This document shows positions 56,646 to 64,000 of a stretch of 64,000 nucleotides of DNA, one piece after another. The position numbers were made by a program, and so were the translations under genes. How positions within the stretch are numbered: the first letter of the stretch is position 1; each line of letters opens with the position of its first letter. The notes beneath the pieces were generated by a model. It did no database searches. It had not been told where the DNA came from and was given only the letters and a program-made list of their open reading frames with translations. Where the stretch lies: NCBI GenBank assembly GCA_030167865.1, contig JALAGF010005345.1:1-64000 (forward strand). Direction: 5' to 3'. The stretch comes from Craspedostauros australis. Taxonomy: Eukaryota.

Positions 56646-57744
56646 AGCAAGGTACCGCAGTGTCAAGCGACATACTACTCTTAGTATAATATGTTTGATG
56701 CAGATGCATGCGAGTACGTAGGGTATGCTACGATACGATACGAGATGATTGTATTAGAACGCATGTTGCATCACATTCAAACTATTCTTCTGCAATGAGG
56801 GTACTATAGGCTGTGACGCGCTTATAGAGTAGTAGCAGAGTTAGGATACGATCTCTCTCGAGTTCGAGATACGGACGTAGCATGGTCCTCTTTAGTTTTT
56901 TGCTTGTGTTTCGACTGGCCTTCGTACGCTTGAGAACACGATTGAGGATCTGGTGTGTCGCTGCTGACATCATGTTCAACAACCGAATGAGGGCTGTGTG
57001 GCATTCTCGCTGCCACAGAAGACCGTTTGGAGTTCTGACCGTTTCGTTTGTTCCGACTTGTCGCCTGCGTCTTTCAGCTCATCAAAGAACTTCAACTCGC
57101 ATCAGTTCGAGATGACACACCAGCTCCATCTTCTTGTGTCCACACACCCAACAAAAGAGAGATCTTCGGACGATCAAACCCACAGAACGAACGAACGAGA
57201 CAAACGACAGACCCGAAAGAGAGCATCCTCATCTTCCACCTTGAGCCCATCTGTTGGAACATCGGTCACAAGGTTAAACGCATTGAGGCAACAACTCTCC
57301 AGAAGCGACAGTTGCGAGCAGAGTCCTCTGTGTACAAGCCATCATTCGTGCTCCATCGTGTCTCAGCATCAGAAGCCCCCACCAAGAAACTCTTTTTGTT
57401 GTCACGTGCGATTGCAGTGATCGTGCCGTCTTCAGCGACAGCGACAGCCACAGAAGGATCATCTTGTTCTCACTGGTCTCATTTCGAGAACACCGAAGAG
57501 ACATTTGTGGCACCAACCTCGACGTCATCACCGCACGCACAACGCAACGACGACAGCAGCAGCAACAGCAGCCTGACTATCGCTACTGCCTCTTGACAAT
57601 CAGAGTCAACAGATCAAGATACATCACTCTGCACAAGCACACACGGTGATCTTGACAAACACAAACACAACTATACACACTAATCTCACCAACTCTCTCT
57701 GGAGCAACAAGAGCAAGAACAGACACAACACAAAGCAGCACAAG

Positions 57745-59637
57745 ATGAGGATCATACGCCGCAGAACGGTGCTCGCATCGACGGCGACCGTCATGCTCAT
57801 GACGCCGTCTTCGACCGATGCCTTCCTTGCGCAGTACGCTTCCGTGCGGCTGCCGATGGCCGATCTATCTCCAGGTGCCACAGCAGCGCCCTCCTTTGCG
57901 ACACCGTCGCAGAACGTCATCTGGGGAACGTCGTCGCCGCATCACAGCCTGCTGCGCATGTCGGATGAATTCGATGGCACAGCGACGGAGACAGGAGTTA
58001 CCAACGGAGCAACTACAAATGGCGCTGTGAACGGCGCGATCAATGGTGCATCCAACGGCGCTCCAAATGGTGCTGCGGCTACTGCCACCATCGAGCCATC
58101 AGCACCTGCCACACCGCCCGACTACGAACCTTACATCCCGCGCGAGTTGGAAGACGCCCTGGCGCAACGTGAACAGACCATCTTCCTATACGAAAAGGAG
58201 ATCGAGATGATTCGGAAGAAGCTTGAGATGAAGCAGATGGAATACGAGGAGACGGTGGACACGTGGCGGTCGGAGAAGTCCAGCCTCGTCAACACCATCG
58301 CCGAATTCACCGACATGTTGACGCAGCGCGATGAAGAAACCAAGCGCCGCGCGCAGAATGAGGAGGACTACAAGCAACGCGAGAAGAAGCTCGAAGCGGA
58401 GATCGAGAACCTCACGCAGCAGCTGGAATCCGCCAAGGCCAAGATGCAGCAGGAGACGGGGTCCGTGTCGGAGTTGAAGAAGACCCTGGACGAGACCACG
58501 GATCGGTTGGAATTCGATCAGATGGAGTTCGAAAAGTCGAAGAAACAGCTCGAGAACAAGATCGAGGAAGAGCGCAAAAAACTCAAGAAGTTGGAGTCGC
58601 AGATAGGGGATAACGAGAAGGGGTTCGAGACGACGAGAAAGGAGCTCGTGGCGCGCGTCCAGCAGGAGGAGAAGAAGCTCGCCGCTGCGAAGCAGGAATG
58701 GGCGGAGGCCGAGCGGCAGATCCTGGCGCGGGAGCAAACCTTGCGCACGACCATCGAAGAGAAGGAACGCACCATCGAGGAACGCAACGACGCTTTGAAG
58801 GAAGAGAAGAAGAAGTCATCGCAGACGGCCGCCGACCTCAAGAAGGAGATTCAGGAGCAGAAGGACGAAGTGAGCCAGACCAAGGCCACGCTGCGTGCGG
58901 AGCAAGCCAAGTACGCCGGCATGAAGACCGAATTGGAGGAACTCATCGAGAAGGAGCAGGCCGATCTCGTCAGCCTCCAAGCGGAGATGGTGCGGGAGAA
59001 GGAGCGATCCGCCACGGAACGTGAAACCCTCCAGAAGTCGCTGGACAGCGAAAGCGAGGCCCTGGCGCAGATCCAGACCACCCTGGCGGCCGAACGGGAG
59101 CAATCCAACCAGCAACGCATCGACTACGAAGATGAAATCGTCAAGTTGGTCGACAGCCGCCAGAGGAAGGCACGTCAGATGGGCAGACGATTCGAGAAGA
59201 TCCGCACCGAAATGACAGAACTGTGGCAAGGCGCCAAACGCGATGCACGAGAGCGCGAGCGTCACCTCAACGCGAAGTACGAATCCAAACTGAGCGACTT
59301 CAACCAGCGCGTGATATCGCTGGAGATGCAAGTGTCCGCGTCGACGGCCCAAAACGAGGATCTGTCCCAAAAGGTCGCGGAATTGGACAGCATGAACGTC
59401 AGTCTGCGTTCCGAAATCTCCACCTTGCAATCCACCATCGATGCCAAGGATATCGTGATCCAAGAGAAGACGGCCGTAATTCAACAGAAGACTGCTGTGA
59501 TCGAGAAGTACGAGGGCAGCTACCGTCAGCTCGCACGATTGACGGTCCGTTTGGCAGGCAAGCGCATCCGCGGCGTGGGGTCGCGCATCCGGCGCATCAT
59601 TCGGAACAAGCCCTTGCCGACCGATGAAGAACTGTGA
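57745..59637 (+). CDS. Plastid-targeted long coiled-coil protein of unknown function
   Basis: MRIIRRRTVLASTATVMLMTPSSTDA-FLAQ (signal peptide plus ASAF-like cleavage and S/T/A-rich transit peptide), ~460 aa of E/K/Q heptads, basic amphipathic C-terminal helix. Confidence 0.85.
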   Translation: MRIIRRRTVLASTATVMLMTPSSTDAFLAQYASVRLPMADLSPGATAAPSFATPSQNVIWGTSSPHHSLLRMSDEFDGTATETGVTNGATTNGAVNGAINGASNGAPNGAAATATIEPSAPATPPDYEPYIPRELEDALAQREQTIFLYEKEIEMIRKKLEMKQMEYEETVDTWRSEKSSLVNTIAEFTDMLTQRDEETKRRAQNEEDYKQREKKLEAEIENLTQQLESAKAKMQQETGSVSELKKTLDETTDRLEFDQMEFEKSKKQLENKIEEERKKLKKLESQIGDNEKGFETTRKELVARVQQEEKKLAAAKQEWAEAERQILAREQTLRTTIEEKERTIEERNDALKEEKKKSSQTAADLKKEIQEQKDEVSQTKATLRAEQAKYAGMKTELEELIEKEQADLVSLQAEMVREKERSATERETLQKSLDSESEALAQIQTTLAAEREQSNQQRIDYEDEIVKLVDSRQRKARQMGRRFEKIRTEMTELWQGAKRDARERERHLNAKYESKLSDFNQRVISLEMQVSASTAQNEDLSQKVAELDSMNVSLRSEISTLQSTIDAKDIVIQEKTAVIQQKTAVIEKYEGSYRQLARLTVRLAGKRIRGVGSRIRRIIRNKPLPTDEEL

Positions 59638-60383
59638 TTCAGCCACATGTTATCCATACCATACCATACACACGCACACACACATCCATACTCTATGATA
59701 CATATGATACGGGTTCATCCCGTACCATGCATGCTTCATGTAAAGGATGTTCAATTCATTGCAGGAGAGAGAGAGAGAGAAGTAGGAACGAAACCGGCAA
59801 TCAATGCGGGGAACTGTCCACACTGTGACGACGATCGCTGGGAGTGTTGCGTCGCAGATCACCAATGACACAACATAATACGAGTACTCTAGGCAAATTC
59901 TGTTTGTAGGTTCATGTCACCATCCACAACTACTCTACACTGCCATCATCGGAGTTCCCAGCGCAATCTCTATGACGAGCAACAGAACATCCGAAGAGTT
60001 GTACTCTGCGTCTATGCCTGTGGATAGGCATTGGGCAGTATGGAATGTTGACTACATCGACTAACTAGATTGTCCCTTGACTGATCCGACCGCTTCTCCT
60101 TCATTTCGGATCATCATTTTTCGGCCGTCCATCAGCCGCTCGCCATTGCGATTTGCTTGGTTTGTTGCTCTCGTGTGAAATTGAGTTTGGGAAGCCAGCA
60201 AGGGGGAGCAATGCACACGGTTGGACTCTCCTCATACTTTGCCTGTGACAAACAACAACAAACACAAGCCGGACCAGAAGCAGTGGTGAGAACGACGAGG
60301 AGTGCAACTACTCTGCAAACAACAGACGACAGACAACAACGAATAAACAAGCAGTGCCAATTGAAAGAGAGACAAGAAGAAAG

Positions 60384-62362
60384 ATGGCAGGCGGAAAAGG
60401 AGAGACGTTCCAGGAGAGATCCAAAGGAAAGGATGTCAGAACATCCAACATTGTGGCTGCAAAGGTGAGTTCAGGTGCTGCAGAGGAGAGGAGAGAAGAA
60501 AAGAGCATGGTGGGGCTACCATCCGTGTGTATCATTCCTCGTGGATCTTGACATTGGCTTTCACGGATGAACACATGGACGAACGGAGGCTTGCGTGATA
60601 GTGTGGGCTACGCTGTTCATGCTCTTTTCCAGTCATGTACGAGTATTGCAAAATGCAGTAGCTGTCGCCTTCGTTTCAGTTCCGTGGCCACCTCTGTCTC
60701 ACCAATGCTGCTGCTCTGTTACTCCTACCTCTGCAACTGCAACTAAAAACATCACTGCATACATCATTCCTTTTCTTCGTCTGCGTGCTGTGTATCATGC
60801 ATTGATTCATGCTGCGCAATGACACCATGCACTCAATATTCCCTTCCAATATCCAGGCTGTTGCCAATGCTGTGCGGACGTCGTTGGGACCACGCGGAAT
60901 GGACAAGCTGATGCAACTGGCGGATGGCGAGATTTTGATCAGCAATGACGGAGCCACCATCTTGAGCAAGATGAGTGTTATGCACCCCGCCGCAAAGATG
61001 CTGGTGGATCTCTCCAAATCGCAGGACATCGAGGCAGGTGATGGAACGACCACGGTCGTGGTGCTCGCTGGTTCGCTGTTGAATGTATGCTCGTCGTTGC
61101 TGTCCAAGGGGATCCACCCAACTGCCATCGCCAGCTCCTTCATGCGGGCGGCCGACAAGGCATGCGAGATCCTCGAGGAGATGGCCATACCCGTCGATCT
61201 GGCGGATCGCAACGCACTCCTCAGCGCAGTCGAAACCTGCCTTTCCAGCAAGGTCGTTGCCCAGAATTCTGAAATCCTTGCGCCCATCGCCGTCGATTCC
61301 GTCCTGGGGGTGCTCTCGGACATCAACACGGCAAAGACCGTCGATTTGAGAGACATTCGTTTGGTGCAGCAGGTGGGAGGCACCGTCGATGACACCGAGC
61401 TGGTGAAGGGTCTGGTGCTCACGAAGGGATCCACCAAGACAGCGGGTGGACCATCCAGCATGAGCAACGCGAAGATCGGTTTGATTCAGTACTGCCTCAG
61501 CGCCCCCAAGACCGACATGGACAACAACGTCGTGGTGTCGGACTACGCGGCCATGGACAGAATCCTTCGCGAGGAACGCAAATACATCCTGCAGCAGTGC
61601 AAAGTCATCAAAAAGTCAGGATGCAACGTGCTTCTCATCCAGAAATCGATTCTGAGAGACGCGTACAACGAGCTCTCCCTGCACTTTCTTGCCAAGATGG
61701 GAATCCTCGTCGTCACCGACATCGACCGACCAGAGGTGGACTTCATCTGCCGCACGCTCGGATGCACTCCGGTGGCGCACCCTGATCAGATGAGCGCCGA
61801 CAAGCTGGGATCCGCAGAGCGAGTTGCCGATGTTCTCATGGAAGGTGGATCGACGAAGGTCGTCAAGTTCACCGGCGTCAAAAATCCGGGCAAGACCATG
61901 ACTGTGCTGATGAGAGGTTCCAACGAGTTTGTGTTGGGTGAGGCCGAGCGCAGTTTGCATGATGCCCAGTGCGTGGTGCGGTCGTTGGTGAAGAAGCGTG
62001 CGCTCATCGCAGGTGGCGGTGCCGGAGAGACGCAGACATTTCTGAAGCTCCAAGAGTACGCCCGCGAACTGACCGGCATGGATGCCTACTGCTTCCAGGC
62101 CTTCGCTGATGCGCTCGAGGTGATATCGTACACGCTGGCAGAGAACGCTGGAATGAAGCCCATCGAGGTCGTGACGGAGCTGAGAAAGCAGCACGCGGAG
62201 GGCATCGTCGGTGCAGGCATCAACGTCAAGAAGGGCAAGGTTTCGGACATGTACGAGCTGAACGTCGTGCAACCTCTGTTGGTTTCCACCTCCGCGATCC
62301 AGCTGGCCACCGAAACTGTCTGCATGATCATGAAGATCGATGATCTCGTCGTCGTGCAGTAG
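60384..62362 (+). CDS. CCT4: T-complex protein 1 subunit delta (CCT4)
   Basis: Exons 60384-60464 ([27 protein letters not shown]|gtgagt) and 60857-62362. [30 protein letters not shown], and delta-diagnostic [27 protein letters not shown]. Confidence 0.96.
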
Positions 62363-62398
62363 GAAATAGTGTAGTCCAATCCATAAACGCTTTCCAGT

Positions 62399-62418
62399 GA
62401 GAGAGAGAGAGAGAGAGA
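62399..62418. repeat. (GA)10 microsatellite in the CCT4 3' region
   Basis: Seen directly. Confidence 0.95.
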
Positions 62419-62647
62419 TGCACATGAAAGTCGTACAAAAGAGTCTAAACTGGGAGACTGATTACTGATTGTAGTAGGGGTACGCATGTATTTCAGTGAA
62501 GGACAATTCTATCGCTCTTCAGTCTCTTATCAGAATTGCCTGTCCGCATCTTCAGCGAGACGTGCTCGTAGGTCACTGATTGAAGCAAGCAGTGCTGCAT
62601 CTTTCAGATAGATACTCGTACTCTTCCTCCAGAACCGTACGTGCAAG

Positions 62648-63363
62648 TCAATGACCTACAGTGACCGCGGCACACACAATCACCATGTCGTCGTTAGTGT
62701 CGCCCAACCGCTCAATGGCAATTCCGCTGGGCGCGATCATGCCACCATCCTGAATCTGAAATCGCACCGAACCGTACGGGAAAACGTCGCCCACCTTGGA
62801 CAGATCCAGCGAGTCACGGTACTTGGCGGGCACCGCCAGAACGACATCCAACCGCAGGTTCTCATACCCGCCCGGCACGAGCCGACGAATGGAAGGGATG
62901 GAGTTGAATTCGATGGCGTTGCGGCATGCGCGGACTGCAGATGCAATGTAATGTGAGTGGTTGTGTTGTTTTGGGTTGGAATTCAGCGCAATGGTTCATG
63001 CAGGAGAATTGCTCTCTTGAGTGCTGCAGAGTCGCTCTCACCTGCCGCTTTGGTTGCATTTTGACCATGGGAATCATTGCCAAATCCGCATTCGATGAAG
63101 AGGATCTGTTCCACGTGTGGTTCGCCTTCCCCTCTCTCCCATGTTGGCAAGGATGAAGAGGAAGACATGCTTGCGATGGTTGTGGGGATATGCCCCGTGA
63201 CGGTGCGTGTCGAATGGGTAGGATTTAGACTGAAGCCTGCTGTCGGTTGAGGACAGATGAATGCTGCTAACAAGAGCAATGGTAGAAACAGAGATACGCG
63301 TGGCGGTGGGTGTGACGGCAATGCAGCTTGGTGCCGAAAGGATCGTCGGCTGATGGATTGCAT
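62648..63363 (-). CDS. Lin0512-family conserved hypothetical protein, probably plastid-targeted
   Basis: Exons 63363-63042, 62934-62648. LFIECGFGNDSHGQNATKAA|VRACRNAIEFNSIP...VFPYG...GGM...VCAAVTVG; hydrophobic leader followed by TAG-FSL. Confidence 0.82.
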
Positions 63364-63958
63364 TTGAGTTGCCTCGAGGGTTGTTCACGGAGCAGAATCG
63401 GTGGATGTTGGGTGAATGGCTGAGTGATGGCGTCGGGTTGATGGATGTGGACGACCCGTGTATCCGCATGGAAATGACGTCGATGCAGATCGAGATGACG
63501 TTGATCGAGGCCGCCTCTGCATGGGAATGAGGGTGGTGTGTCATGTGACGGATGATGCCGAAAGATACTCAAGAAAAGATCGTTCGGCAAGTGATGGAAC
63601 TCATGATTTGCATTCCCACGTGAACACGAAACAGATCGTGACTGAAACCAAAACAACACGAAACACCACCAAATAATGAACCACGCGGGACTGGGAGATG
63701 AAGGCGAACGAAACGAACAACAACGAAACACGCACAAGGAAAGAGAGACGATGACGCAAACTGAAGCGTTCCCGAGATCTTCGACAAACCACTCCATTCA
63801 ACACGACCAGACACACAAGAACATCAGTCCATAGCCGTACCACCCTTTTCGTGGTATTGTTATATGTTGTGCGTACGTGTGCTCCGACTAGATTCAAGCA
63901 CGCAATCCAACAACTCCACTCGACAACACTCTGCAGGAAGCAAAAGGACGAGAGAACC

Positions 63959-64000
63959 ATGGTCGCAACTATCGTTGACTTCAGCACGGTGAGCGCCAAC
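63959..64000 (+). CDS. Possible start of a next gene (MVATIVDFST...), truncated by the window edge
   Basis: aaccATGg context after an A/C-rich leader like those of the other genes, open to the edge, with a possible donor acg|gtgagc. Too short to identify. Confidence 0.3.
   Translation, partial: MVATIVDFSTVSAN

Noticed and set aside
55617..56666. Long antisense ORFs opposite cyclin H (also opposite PrsW, ilvA, CCT4 and the coiled-coil gene)
   Set aside because: An expected by-product of GC3-rich codon usage, which depletes antisense stop codons.
56998..57596. 140- and 182-aa ORFs upstream of the coiled-coil gene
   Set aside because: Non-ATG starts, overlapping frames and leader-like composition.

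Overview
Eukaryotic nuclear DNA, most likely from a diatom or related stramenopile with a complex plastid. The basis is GT-AG introns of about 100-470 nt, three genes with signal peptide plus 'ASAF'-type plastid-targeting starts, and CT/GA microsatellites. About 18 protein-coding genes can be assembled by hand: a plastid MiaB carrying an extra parvulin (PPIase) domain, a SHAQK-type MYB, two large low-complexity proteins, a BAR-PH-ArfGAP-ANK protein, a membrane RING-CH/MYND E3, threonine dehydratase, a potato-inhibitor-I protein, PanC, a small acidic protein ending in -CCA, a MadBub/Bub1 kinase, PP1, a membrane RING-H2 E3, a PLAC8-like/PrsW protease fusion, cyclin H, a plastid coiled-coil protein, CCT4 and a plastid Lin0512-family protein. 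The first 2.3 kb is gappy and holds two diverged copies of an unidentified ORF whose differences are mostly CpG transitions, as expected for a methylated repeat or TE. The most notable items are the domain fusions (parvulin-MiaB, PLAC8-PrsW, split RING-CH plus MYND) and the expanded ABBA-motif array in MadBub. I saw no rRNA, tRNA or CRISPR. Family calls come from motif recognition by eye, not database searches, and exon boundaries are manual predictions.
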